From contig CAZCAP010000006.1 of assembly GCA_964496765.1 (NCBI GenBank), positions 6,959 through 38,958 on the forward strand: DNA of 32,000 nt, in the 5' to 3' direction. Each line of letters starts with the position of its first letter. Positions within the stretch are counted from its first letter, which is position 1. Positions 19,399-27,728 of this stretch are shown here, piece after piece. This DNA comes from an uncultured archaeon. GTDB taxonomy: Archaea > Iainarchaeota > Iainarchaeia > Iainarchaeales > CSSED10-239. The position numbers and the translations under genes were made by a program. The notes below the pieces were generated by a model. The model had not been told where the DNA came from, did no database searches, and saw only the letters and a program-made list of their open reading frames with translations.

Positions 19399-20136
19399 TT
19401 AATACAGTTCAGAAAAATTAGTTAACATGGTTGTGTTAAGTCTACCCTCAATTCCATTCATCGAATCAGATATACTTATATTAATATCATTAATCTGAGA
19501 ATTAACATTATCAAATTGAGTAGTTACGTTATTGAATTCATTCATGATATTATTATCAATATAATTTTGCACATCATACACTCTTGCATCAACTGAGCTT
19601 ATTCTTTCAGTTAGATTATTATCCAAATCATCTAATCTCTGCACAAGTGCAACGTACTGTTCTCTCTGGGATCTTGAAACTTCAACAATTAAATTAAGTC
19701 CTGTTGAAACGTGGAATGAAGATGAAATTTGCAATACCCTTGGGGTTCCATTTCTAATTACTGTACACTTTACTGCTTCTTCATACACTCCTTCATATTC
19801 AGGAGTAATGAATGAAACATAATAGTTCCCAGGAACTGTGGTTGGACCCATTTCCCTATCCACAAAGAAGAAAGATTTATCAGGGTATAGTAAGGATACA
19901 ATACAATTTGCATCAGTTATTGATATTCCTTTGGCATCCTGTAGCCTAACAATAATCTGACCCTGTTCATTACTTATGTATTCAGTTCCAGATACCATCA
20001 TAAGATCTGATGCTACTCCCCTTCCTTTAAAGTAAAATATAAGAAAGATGCCTATTGCAAGAAGAACAACTATACCTATTACTAGGTATATTCTTTTTCT
20101 ATTTCTACTTTCATGCATATGCTGTCTAAACATCAT
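19399..20136 (-). CDS. N-anchored surface protein, paralog of 21689-22186, with Asn-rich C-terminal region
   Basis: Basic N-terminus plus one TM, then a globular domain alignable with the 165-aa ORF (VSxTEY..IVRLxDxxG..C.V..L.PDKS.FV..PGN.Y..G.YE..V.C..S.SFH), then an N/D/S-rich segment with NxS/T sequons. Confidence 0.6.
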   Translation of the reverse strand: MMFRQHMHESRNRKRIYLVIGIVVLLAIGIFLIFYFKGRGVASDLMMVSGTEYISNEQGQIIVRLQDAKGISITDANCIVSLLYPDKSFFFVDREMGPTTVPGNYYVSFITPEYEGVYEEAVKCTVIRNGTPRVLQISSSFHVSTGLNLIVEVSRSQREQYVALVQRLDDLDNNLTERISSVDARVYDVQNYIDNNIMNEFNNVTTQFDNVNSQINDINISISDSMNGIEGRLNTTMLTNFSELY

Positions 20137-20200
20137 ATTATTATTTCAACTCAGAGATTATGACTATATTATATAGTTAATATATAAAAACAAAAAGTAT

Positions 20201-20232
20201 AAAAAACCAGGGGATTTCAATTTATCCCCCTG
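20201..20232 (-). terminator. hairpin plus T-run downstream of the repeat-protein gene
   Basis: Stem GGGGAT (20210-20215) / ATCCCC (20224-20229), extendable with one bulge. On the minus strand it is followed by TTTTTT (20201-20206), and it lies ~25 nt after the stop at 20255. Confidence 0.4.
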
Positions 20233-20254
20233 ATCTTCCATAAACCAAATTCAT

Positions 20255-21622
20255 TTATGATATTATTCTTACATCAATCTGGCTCTCTTGATTATCTAAA
20301 ATATTGTGAGCTGTAGAATTAATGTCTGTTGTTTGTGCCTTAATAATACCAATGTCTGTTAATAATGTATCAATTCTTGATGACACACTTCCTGAAAGGT
20401 ATTCCCAGGTTGTTGTTGTTGTATTATCTATTTCATCAAGTCTTGCTACCTGTTCATCATGCATTACAACAGCAGCTGCTTTGATACTATATATTTCTTG
20501 ACATAGAGCACTTGAGTCGGTCTCTGGGTTTGAACAAAACTGTTCAAGTAAAGTAATATTTCCATCAATGTTTTCAAATCTTTGGTCAATTGCTGCTCTA
20601 TCTGTATCATTCATAGCATGTGTTGTTAACCATGTGGTATCATCCTTAACACTCTGTACCTGAGTTGATAATTGATCAAGCATAGCGTTTAATTGAAGGT
20701 TAAGATCTCCAGCAACAAGTCCTATAATCATATCTGATAAAGAAGCATTAACATCTGCTAAATCAGATTTAATTTCCTGTCCTGTTATAACAACCTGTCC
20801 ATTAACACTAACTTCTAAACTATCAAGTCTTGCACTTAGGAAATTATTTGAATCTAAGAATTTCTGTGCAATTAAAGCATTTGTGTTATTAAATTGGTTT
20901 GTTATTTGGCTTGATAAACTTACGTTCAATGAATCTAAAATTCCTGTTAGGTTTGTATTAACATTTGCTAAATTTGTGTTTATCTCGTCACCAGTATCTT
21001 GAACCTTAGCATTCAAACTTACATTCACATTTTCAAGTTGAGCAGAAAGCTCAGCAAACTTGGTTGTCATTTGTGTTGCAAGGTTTGTGTTTACTGTGTT
21101 CAATAGATTTGTTAAAGATGTATCAACATTTGTTAAGTGAGCATTTATTGAATCACCTGTTGCTTCCATCTTACCATCTAAACTTAAGTTAATGTCCTGT
21201 AAATTATTTCCAAGAGTCTCAAATTCAGAACCCATTTGGTTTGAAAGGTTTGTATTTACTGTGTTTAGGATACTTGTCATTGATGCATTTACATCACTTA
21301 GGTTTGTGGTTATTATTTGTCCAGTTTCAGCAACCTTAGCCATGATTGTTAAGTTAACATCATTTAGTTGTGCTGTTGATGCATTAAATTCGCTTAACAT
21401 CTGACCAGATAAGCTAGTATTAACAGAATTTAATAAACTTGTTAATGATGTATTAGATGTGCTTATACTTGTTTGTAATTCCTGTCCTGTGGTTACAACA
21501 GTTCCAGTAATACTTACATTAACAGCATCTAGTTGAGTTCCAAGTGTATTAATTCCTTCATTTAATTGGTTTGTTACACCTGCATTAACATCTGTTATTA
21601 AATCATTTAAGTTTGTATTCAT
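20255..21622 (-). CDS. Asn/Thr/Ser-rich tandem-repeat surface protein, C-terminal portion of an interrupted gene
   Basis: 455-aa ORF made of ~55-aa repeats (xLxxVNxSLxxxxxxTGxxIxTNLxxVNxxLTxxLNxVNTxLxxQMxxxF). No signal/TM and no SD before its Met. The reading frame continues upstream in phase to the TAA at 21689-21691. Confidence 0.6.
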   Translation of the reverse strand: MNTNLNDLITDVNAGVTNQLNEGINTLGTQLDAVNVSITGTVVTTGQELQTSISTSNTSLTSLLNSVNTSLSGQMLSEFNASTAQLNDVNLTIMAKVAETGQIITTNLSDVNASMTSILNTVNTNLSNQMGSEFETLGNNLQDINLSLDGKMEATGDSINAHLTNVDTSLTNLLNTVNTNLATQMTTKFAELSAQLENVNVSLNAKVQDTGDEINTNLANVNTNLTGILDSLNVSLSSQITNQFNNTNALIAQKFLDSNNFLSARLDSLEVSVNGQVVITGQEIKSDLADVNASLSDMIIGLVAGDLNLQLNAMLDQLSTQVQSVKDDTTWLTTHAMNDTDRAAIDQRFENIDGNITLLEQFCSNPETDSSALCQEIYSIKAAAVVMHDEQVARLDEIDNTTTTTWEYLSGSVSSRIDTLLTDIGIIKAQTTDINSTAHNILDNQESQIDVRIIS

Positions 21623-21700
21623 ATTTGAGATATTAGTTGTTAATATTTCGTTTGTGTCTGCAATCTGTGCACTTAAAGAAACATTTACTTATCCAAGGTT
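20666..21700 (-). repeat. ~165-bp (55-aa) coding tandem repeat, about six diverged units
   Basis: Units start at protein positions 30, 85, 140, 195 and 265 of the 455-aa ORF. One further unit spans the in-frame stop and begins at NLG* in the upstream ORF. Confidence 0.7.
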
Positions 21701-22186
21701 TGCATCAAGTGCATCTACCTTTTCAGTAACTATTCTTACCTGCTCAAGAGCTGGGTTTAAGTGGAATGATTGAGATGTTTTAATTGTTTGTGTTCCCTTA
21801 AGACAGGTTACTTCCTGTTCATAGGTTCCAAGCGGAGCACCAGCAAGTGAATCTGTTCTATACCAGTTTCCTGGGATATTTGATAAAGCTAGTGGCTGAT
21901 CATCAACAAATGTACTCTTATCCGGTTTTAGGATAGTTACGTTACATGAGTCAACTGCATAGGGGTCTCCTCTAAAATCAGCAAGTCTTACTATTGTTGA
22001 GGCAACGTCATCTCTCCAATATTCAGTGTGGGATACCCAACTGACTACTGGTTCATTAACTGTTTGCTTACCATCAGTGTATGCAAATGCAAAGAATGCA
22101 ATTACAACTATCACAATGGTTGAAACAATACCCCATCTAATAAGCTTTTTTTTCTTATTTGTATATTTTGGATTTAAATCTTCCAT
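21689..22186 (-). CDS. N-anchored surface protein, N-terminal portion of an interrupted gene
   Basis: GGTGA (22191-22195, minus strand) lies 4 nt upstream of the ATG. It has a basic N-terminus, one TM and a globular domain paralogous to 19399-20136. It ends at a TAA inside a repeat unit. Confidence 0.65.
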   Translation of the reverse strand: MEDLNPKYTNKKKKLIRWGIVSTIVIVVIAFFAFAYTDGKQTVNEPVVSWVSHTEYWRDDVASTIVRLADFRGDPYAVDSCNVTILKPDKSTFVDDQPLALSNIPGNWYRTDSLAGAPLGTYEQEVTCLKGTQTIKTSQSFHLNPALEQVRIVTEKVDALDANLG

Positions 22187-22459
22187 ATCTTCACCTTATT
22201 TCACAATTTTTTTTTAAAAATATAACTACTATTCTGATGCCCTAAATCAATAGACTTTAGGCTAATAGCTTACTATATGTTGGCTATAATGATTATAAAC
22301 CTATTTGTTTAGAAAATTAAAGAAAATCAATGATTTTGGTAAGATTATTAACCATTAACTGTGAACAATTACCTTCAAAACACACTTGTTTACTAGGATA
22401 ATAAGCTTATTTTAACCCAACTAAGTTAAGTAGGTAATTTTGATTGGATTTCATATGAA

Positions 22460-23080
22460 TTATTTATTTAAAATAAGTATAAACTTTTTTTTTTTAATAG
22501 ATGCTTCATTATAAATAAATTTGCGTACATTAAAATCGCATCTCTCAAATGCAGATGCAACAACATCAAAAACTAATTCATTTCCTGGATAAAATTGAAT
22601 TGCAAAAGCTCCTTTCTCTGATAAGAGATTAAACACATCTTTTCCTATTTTTTTTATTATATTTTTTATTTCCAGTTCTTTCTTATTTGAAATTACCCAT
22701 TGAAGAGAAGAAACAGAAATAATTAAATCAAAAGAGTTTTTTTGAAAAGCCAAGGCCCCTAAATCCAAAAACCCACCAACTTTCACATTTAATTTTTTTC
22801 TTTTTGCAATGTTTATCATTTCTATTGCTGGATCAATTCCCACCACATTCTTATATCCTAAAGATTTAAGATAACTAATAGAAAAACCAGTTCCACATCC
22901 AATATCTAGTATCCTATCCTTATTACTAATATGAGCTTTAGAAAGAGAAAGAAGAATAGATGTTAATTCCTCTTGAGTTTTTTTCATTCCTGAAGAAAGA
23001 TCATATCTTTCTGCTTCTTTTTTTATATAAAAATCATTTGGATTTTCATATTCCTCTTCAGGAGTAATCTTTTTAGTCAT
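22460..23080 (-). CDS. class I SAM-dependent methyltransferase, Bud23/WBSCR22-like (putative SSU rRNA m7G methyltransferase)
   Basis: Motif I ILDIGCGTGFS. The order of blocks recalls Bud23: N-terminal FYxxxEAxxY, ISVSSLQWV (cf. ISISAIQWL), IQFYP (cf. AQFYP), and a C-terminal KKKKFILIL (cf. KKNKKYYLVL). Confidence 0.7.
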   Translation of the reverse strand: MTKKITPEEEYENPNDFYIKKEAERYDLSSGMKKTQEELTSILLSLSKAHISNKDRILDIGCGTGFSISYLKSLGYKNVVGIDPAIEMINIAKRKKLNVKVGGFLDLGALAFQKNSFDLIISVSSLQWVISNKKELEIKNIIKKIGKDVFNLLSEKGAFAIQFYPGNELVFDVVASAFERCDFNVRKFIYNEASIKKKKFILILNK

Positions 23081-23084
23081 GTAT

Positions 23085-23696
23085 TTATTTTCCTTTCTTT
23101 TCCTTTAAATACAAATTATAAATTATTCCTACAGAGACTAAACAAAATACTTCTACAATTACAAAAGTTAATGAAAAACCAATTATTGATGCAAGAACTG
23201 CACCCACTAGCCCAGCAATTCCTATTCCGAAACTAACAAATGTTGAATAAACAGACCACTGAAAGCCCTCTCTTCTCTTATCAAGATTTCTTGTCCAAAT
23301 ACTTGTCCAAACAGGATATTCAATTCCTGAACCTATTCCAAAAATAAATTCAGCTAGATATATCCAATAAATATTATTTGCAAAAATATAAATTAATGGA
23401 GCAATTGAAATTATCATGGTTCCAATAAGTAACCATTTCATTTTTTTCTTTTGCTTATCAACAAACCTAGAAAAAGGAAGTTGAATAATACACTTAGTTA
23501 TAAGAAATATTGCACTTGCAATTCCTGCTGAAAGAATGCTTCCCCCAACAAGATTATCCTTTAGAAAAATAGCAAAGATTGGGGCAACCAACCCAAACCC
23601 AGTACCAACAATCAGATCAATAAAAAGTAAATGCCATAAAGTTTTATTAAGTATTCTATTAAACTTTAGGTCATTAAGTAATTTCATATAATCCAA
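23085..23696 (-). CDS. MFS-like 6-TM (half-size) membrane protein
   Basis: 203 aa with ~6 hydrophobic helices. A motif-A-like loop, LPFSRFVDKQKKK, lies between TM2 and TM3. Confidence 0.55.
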   Translation of the reverse strand: MDYMKLLNDLKFNRILNKTLWHLLFIDLIVGTGFGLVAPIFAIFLKDNLVGGSILSAGIASAIFLITKCIIQLPFSRFVDKQKKKMKWLLIGTMIISIAPLIYIFANNIYWIYLAEFIFGIGSGIEYPVWTSIWTRNLDKRREGFQWSVYSTFVSFGIGIAGLVGAVLASIIGFSLTFVIVEVFCLVSVGIIYNLYLKEKKGK

Positions 23697-23698
23697 TT

Positions 23699-24865
23699 TT
23701 ATTTTTTAGTTATTATTGTTTGAGTAGGGTATGCAAAATTAATTTTTTCTTTTTCAAATTGTTTTTTTATCTCAAAATTAACCTTATCCTTAATTGCAAG
23801 ATACTTTCCATAGTCCATTTCTGCCACATAGTAGATAACTTCTATATCTAATGAATAATCATTGAACTTATCAAAGGTAATATATTGAGTATCTGTAACC
23901 TTTGTTGTTTTCTTTAGGATATCTTTAATTATTTGCTTTGATTTTTCAAGTTTTGCTGTAGAGGTATCATAAACAAGCCCTAATCTCATAACAACTCTTC
24001 TAATGTTTCTTGCGGTGTAATTTTCTATTGCCTGCATAGATAGCTTACTGTTAGGAACAACAATTAGCGTGTTATCAAATGTTCTAATTCTTGTGGATCT
24101 AATTCCGATTTCTTCAACAGTTCCATTAACTTCAGTTGTTTTAACTAGATCTCCAACCTTGAAAGGTTTTTCAGAAAAAATCATGATTCCAGATATGAAA
24201 TTCTCAAGCATATCCCTTGCTGCAAATGCAATTGCAATACCACCAATTCCTAGTCCAGCAATTAAAACACTTATATTGTATCCAAAGTTAGCAAGAATAA
24301 TCAAGATTGCAAAAATAAATATAATAATTTTGGTTAATGTTTTTAATAGAGGGATTATTTGATCATCATATTTACTATCTGTTTTTGCAGTATATACTTC
24401 AATATATTCTTTAATTAATCCCAATATAAATTTAATTACAAATAGAGATATGCCTAAAACATAAATTACAAAAGATAATTTTGTAACCACATTTTTTAAG
24501 CCGTCAGATACTATTAAATAACGAAATCCAATATTGAAAAAGATAGTAACTACAATTAATTGAAATGGTCTTGGTCTCTCAAGAATTGAAACAATTATAT
24601 CATCAAGTTTATTTTTTGTTTTTTTAGCAAGACTTAATAAAATGTGTTTAGTTACCCAAACAATAACTTTGGTTGAAATGAAACCAATAATTATCATTAC
24701 AATAAAAAAAAGATATTGCTTTAATGTGTTCCCAAAAATTGGAGAACTTAGTGTAATTAATCCAGTAACTAACGAGCTCATAATTATCATCCAAAAATCA
24801 AATATTTTAACGATATAAATCAATTTATAAATAATTTGATATATATTATATATTATATATTCCAA
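23699..24865 (-). CDS. mscS: mechanosensitive ion channel, MscS family
   Basis: Conserved pore/beta-domain block PFKVGDLVKTTEVNGTVEEIGIRSTRIRTFDNTLIVVPNSKL with N-terminal TMs. The start is uncertain (alternative Met at 24790 or 24781). Confidence 0.85.
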   Translation of the reverse strand: MEYIIYNIYQIIYKLIYIVKIFDFWMIIMSSLVTGLITLSSPIFGNTLKQYLFFIVMIIIGFISTKVIVWVTKHILLSLAKKTKNKLDDIIVSILERPRPFQLIVVTIFFNIGFRYLIVSDGLKNVVTKLSFVIYVLGISLFVIKFILGLIKEYIEVYTAKTDSKYDDQIIPLLKTLTKIIIFIFAILIILANFGYNISVLIAGLGIGGIAIAFAARDMLENFISGIMIFSEKPFKVGDLVKTTEVNGTVEEIGIRSTRIRTFDNTLIVVPNSKLSMQAIENYTARNIRRVVMRLGLVYDTSTAKLEKSKQIIKDILKKTTKVTDTQYITFDKFNDYSLDIEVIYYVAEMDYGKYLAIKDKVNFEIKKQFEKEKINFAYPTQTIITKK

Positions 24866-24915
24866 AAAATATTTAAAGTCTTCTTTTAAAAATAAAAAAA
24901 TAATAGTGATATAAT

Positions 24916-25620
24916 ATGGTCTTTCAAAACGTTGTTGAACTCAAAGAAGTTTATAAAATCTATAAAATGGGAACTAATGAAGTTCATGCTCTTGATGGAG
25001 TAACTCTAACAATTAGAAAAGGGGAATTTGTTTCTATTATGGGTGCATCCGGTTCTGGCAAATCAACAATGATGCACATAATTGGTGCCCTTGATCTTCC
25101 AACAAAAGGAGAAGTACTAATTAATAATAAGAAATTATCGAGTTTATCTGAAGATGAGCTTGCAAAAATTAGAGGTAAATCCATTGGTTTTGTTTTTCAA
25201 GAATTCAATCTAATTCCAACATTAACAGCTCTTGAAAACGTAAATCTTCCTGTTCTTTTCCAGGATGACGATGGTAATGATGATCACATGAATAGATGTA
25301 AGGCATTACTTGGGTTAGTTGGGTTACAAGATAGATTAGATCATAGACCCAATGAATTATCTGGTGGCCAACAGCAGAGAGTTGCAATTGCAAGAGCTCT
25401 TGCAAATAATCCAGAAATTATTCTAGCTGACGAACCAACAGGCGCTCTCGATTCAAAATCAAGTCTAGAAATAATAGAGCTTCTTAAAAAACTAAACACA
25501 GACGGAAATACAATTATAATTATAACGCACGATAAAAACATTGCTCAACATGCAAGAAGAAATGTTTTTTTAAAAGATGGTAAAATAATTAGTGACAAAA
25601 TAGTGAAAAAATATGGTTAA
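24916..25620 (+). CDS. ABC transporter ATP-binding protein, MacB/LolD-type
   Basis: Walker [11 protein letters not shown]-loop, signature [15 protein letters not shown], Walker [14 protein letters not shown]-loop ITHD. Confidence 0.92.
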   Translation: MVFQNVVELKEVYKIYKMGTNEVHALDGVTLTIRKGEFVSIMGASGSGKSTMMHIIGALDLPTKGEVLINNKKLSSLSEDELAKIRGKSIGFVFQEFNLIPTLTALENVNLPVLFQDDDGNDDHMNRCKALLGLVGLQDRLDHRPNELSGGQQQRVAIARALANNPEIILADEPTGALDSKSSLEIIELLKKLNTDGNTIIIITHDKNIAQHARRNVFLKDGKIISDKIVKKYG

Positions 25621-26488
25621 GCTAAATAGAACCACAAACATTAAAGAAATATTAGGAACAAATAAGCACATAGATAAAAACATAAGAATAAAATTGAAGA
25701 AAAGAATAGAAAAACAAATCAAAAAAAGCATAACCCAAATAGCATTTGATAGGTATTTTTCTAAAAAGTATGCTATATATAGAAAACAGGCCAAACTAAT
25801 AATACTACAAAGTCAAAAAATGATTAGAAATATTAATCAGAATCCAAAACTCAAGACTGCACAACTATTATTCATAGACAGGGATGCAATACCATTCATG
25901 CAAACCATGAAAATACTTGAACAAAAACAAGGAAATAATGAACATATATTTGGAAATGTATTATTTAGTGATAAGCTATTCAAAGATTACATAAAGTTCG
26001 TTGGAATAGCAAGTATAATTAAACAAAAATCACCAGGAATACAATTAATTTCAAAATATATTGAACAATTAGAAAATGCTCCTGAATTTAAAGAATATAA
26101 AACCCAAAAAACAATTAAAAATATAGATCCATCCAAACCCATCATAATAATTGATTCGGGAATTGTTGGAAGCCACTTAAAAATAAATGAAGCCATGTTG
26201 AATTACATATTCCCAAATACAAAGATATATACAGGATTATTTTATCATAATCGATTATCTAAAAATACAGTGGACTTCACCATAGCAGAAAACAAAGTAA
26301 ACACAGTATTTAAACAATTTGCAATCAAACAAGCAGAATTAGAAAAAATCCCAAAATTCGAAAACAAGTTAGAATCAATAAAAAATGGGGAAACAATTAG
26401 AACAAACAAAAGGGAACCACAAAATCCTATCTCCGCAAAAATTTTCGCAATAGCTTTGGGTAATGAATTATTAAAATATACAAAATAA
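25613..26488 (+). CDS. hypothetical soluble Lys-rich protein embedded in the ABC operon
   Basis: 291-aa ORF whose ATG overlaps the ATPase stop by 8 nt. No TM and no recognisable motif. Confidence 0.55.
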   Translation: MVKLNRTTNIKEILGTNKHIDKNIRIKLKKRIEKQIKKSITQIAFDRYFSKKYAIYRKQAKLIILQSQKMIRNINQNPKLKTAQLLFIDRDAIPFMQTMKILEQKQGNNEHIFGNVLFSDKLFKDYIKFVGIASIIKQKSPGIQLISKYIEQLENAPEFKEYKTQKTIKNIDPSKPIIIIDSGIVGSHLKINEAMLNYIFPNTKIYTGLFYHNRLSKNTVDFTIAENKVNTVFKQFAIKQAELEKIPKFENKLESIKNGETIRTNKREPQNPISAKIFAIALGNELLKYTK

Positions 26489-26495
26489 GACACAT

Positions 26496-27728
26496 ATGAA
26501 AAACATATTTTTATTTGTTATTCAAAATCTAAGACGTAGAAAACTTAGAAGTTGGTTAACTGTAATTGGTATAATCGTTGGAGTTCTTGCAATAGTTTCA
26601 CTAATGTCTCTATCCCAAGGATTAAAAGATTCAATTACAAATGAATTTGATAAGCTGGGAGCACAGAAAATAACAATTACTTCAAAATTAAATGCACTTG
26701 GTGCAGAAACAAATAAAGGCCTAACAACAGATGATATAAGAGAAATTAAAAAATTAGGGGATATTCAGGATGTAATAGGTAAAATAAATTCTGGACTACT
26801 AATTAAGTATAATGGAGAAAGTAAATTTCTAACAGTTACTGGCTATGACACCACACAAATGATAGAAATATTCAAGCAGGACAATGTTGAACTACTTAAG
26901 GGTAGACTTCCAGCATCTCAAAAAGCAAGAGAAATTATTGTTGGCTATGGGTTTTATTCGGTGGATAAAACTAGTGGTGTTTCTTCTTCTCCATTGGGTT
27001 TCGAAAGTAGTTCTTTTAAAAAAAAAATAGATGTTGGATCTGAGGTTGAGATTAATAATGAAAACTATAGGGTTGTTGGTATTCTCAAGGACACAGGAAA
27101 TGCACAAACCAATAGAAATTGTTATATGCCCATTGAAACCCTAAGAAAAATAACAGGAGCTAGTGAAACCAGCGTTGATTCAATTTTTGCAATTGTGAAA
27201 GATGGAAGAGATGTTGAAATTGTGGGAGATAAAATTAAGGATAGACTTGAAAAGTTTAGAGGAGAATTAGATTTTGATATATCAACTCCAGCAAAAGCTA
27301 GCAAAGATAGGGAAGATATGCTAAACATTGTTTCAATAGTAGTTATTGGTATTGCTTCTATCTCTCTACTAGTTGGAGGAATAGGAATAATGAATTCAAT
27401 GTACACTTCTGTTCTTGAAAGAAGAAAGGAAATAGGTGTGCTTAAAGCAATTGGAGCAAGAAGACAGGACATATTAAATATATTTCTTCTAGAATCAGGA
27501 TTAATAGGATTAATTGGTGGTCTTCTAGGAACAATAGTAGGTTTCCTACTAGCCTATGGGGTTAACTTTGTTGGAAATCAGCTTGGAACACCTCTTGCAA
27601 TTGCATTTAATTTCAATATAGTTTTAATTGCATTGGGCTTTTCGTTTTTCCTAGGTTTGCTTTCTGGGTTTCTACCAGCCTACAGGGCATCAAGACAAGA
27701 AGCTGTAGAAGCTCTTCATGAGGAATAA
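26496..27728 (+). CDS. ABC transporter permease, MacB/FtsX-type (permease 1)
   Basis: N-terminal TM, a ~230-aa extracytoplasmic domain, and a C-terminal FtsX block GGIGIMNSMYTSVLERRKEIGVLKAIGARRQDI plus 3 TMs. Confidence 0.88.
   Translation: MKNIFLFVIQNLRRRKLRSWLTVIGIIVGVLAIVSLMSLSQGLKDSITNEFDKLGAQKITITSKLNALGAETNKGLTTDDIREIKKLGDIQDVIGKINSGLLIKYNGESKFLTVTGYDTTQMIEIFKQDNVELLKGRLPASQKAREIIVGYGFYSVDKTSGVSSSPLGFESSSFKKKIDVGSEVEINNENYRVVGILKDTGNAQTNRNCYMPIETLRKITGASETSVDSIFAIVKDGRDVEIVGDKIKDRLEKFRGELDFDISTPAKASKDREDMLNIVSIVVIGIASISLLVGGIGIMNSMYTSVLERRKEIGVLKAIGARRQDILNIFLLESGLIGLIGGLLGTIVGFLLAYGVNFVGNQLGTPLAIAFNFNIVLIALGFSFFLGLLSGFLPAYRASRQEAVEALHEE

Noticed and set aside
21689-21691. Whether the in-frame TAA reflects a genome-wide stop-codon reassignment.
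   Set aside because: TAA terminates several well-supported genes in this window at their expected ends (e.g. the GTPase at 7116-7118, copA at 7782-7784 and the ABC ATPase at 25618-25620). All other long ORFs are intact under the standard code.
19399-22186. Whether the two N-anchored surface proteins are type IV pilins with class III signal peptides.
   Set aside because: Their N-termini (..KKKKLIRWGIVST.., ..RNRKRIYLVIGIV..) lack the K/R-G/A cleavage motif directly before the hydrophobic stretch. They look like uncleaved signal anchors.
22187-22459. 273-bp intergenic region scanned for small ORFs, ncRNA or hairpins (e.g. CCTAAA-N9-TTTAGG, 22241-22261).
   Set aside because: Only ORFs of 23 codons or fewer are present, none with an SD motif. 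The 6-bp AT-rich hairpin is no better than chance in this composition. The region is probably just promoter/UTR.
24984-25794. Minus-strand ORFs 24984-25184, 25205-25405, 25341-25541 and 25570-25794.
   Set aside because: They are antisense shadows of the ABC ATPase and the following gene.
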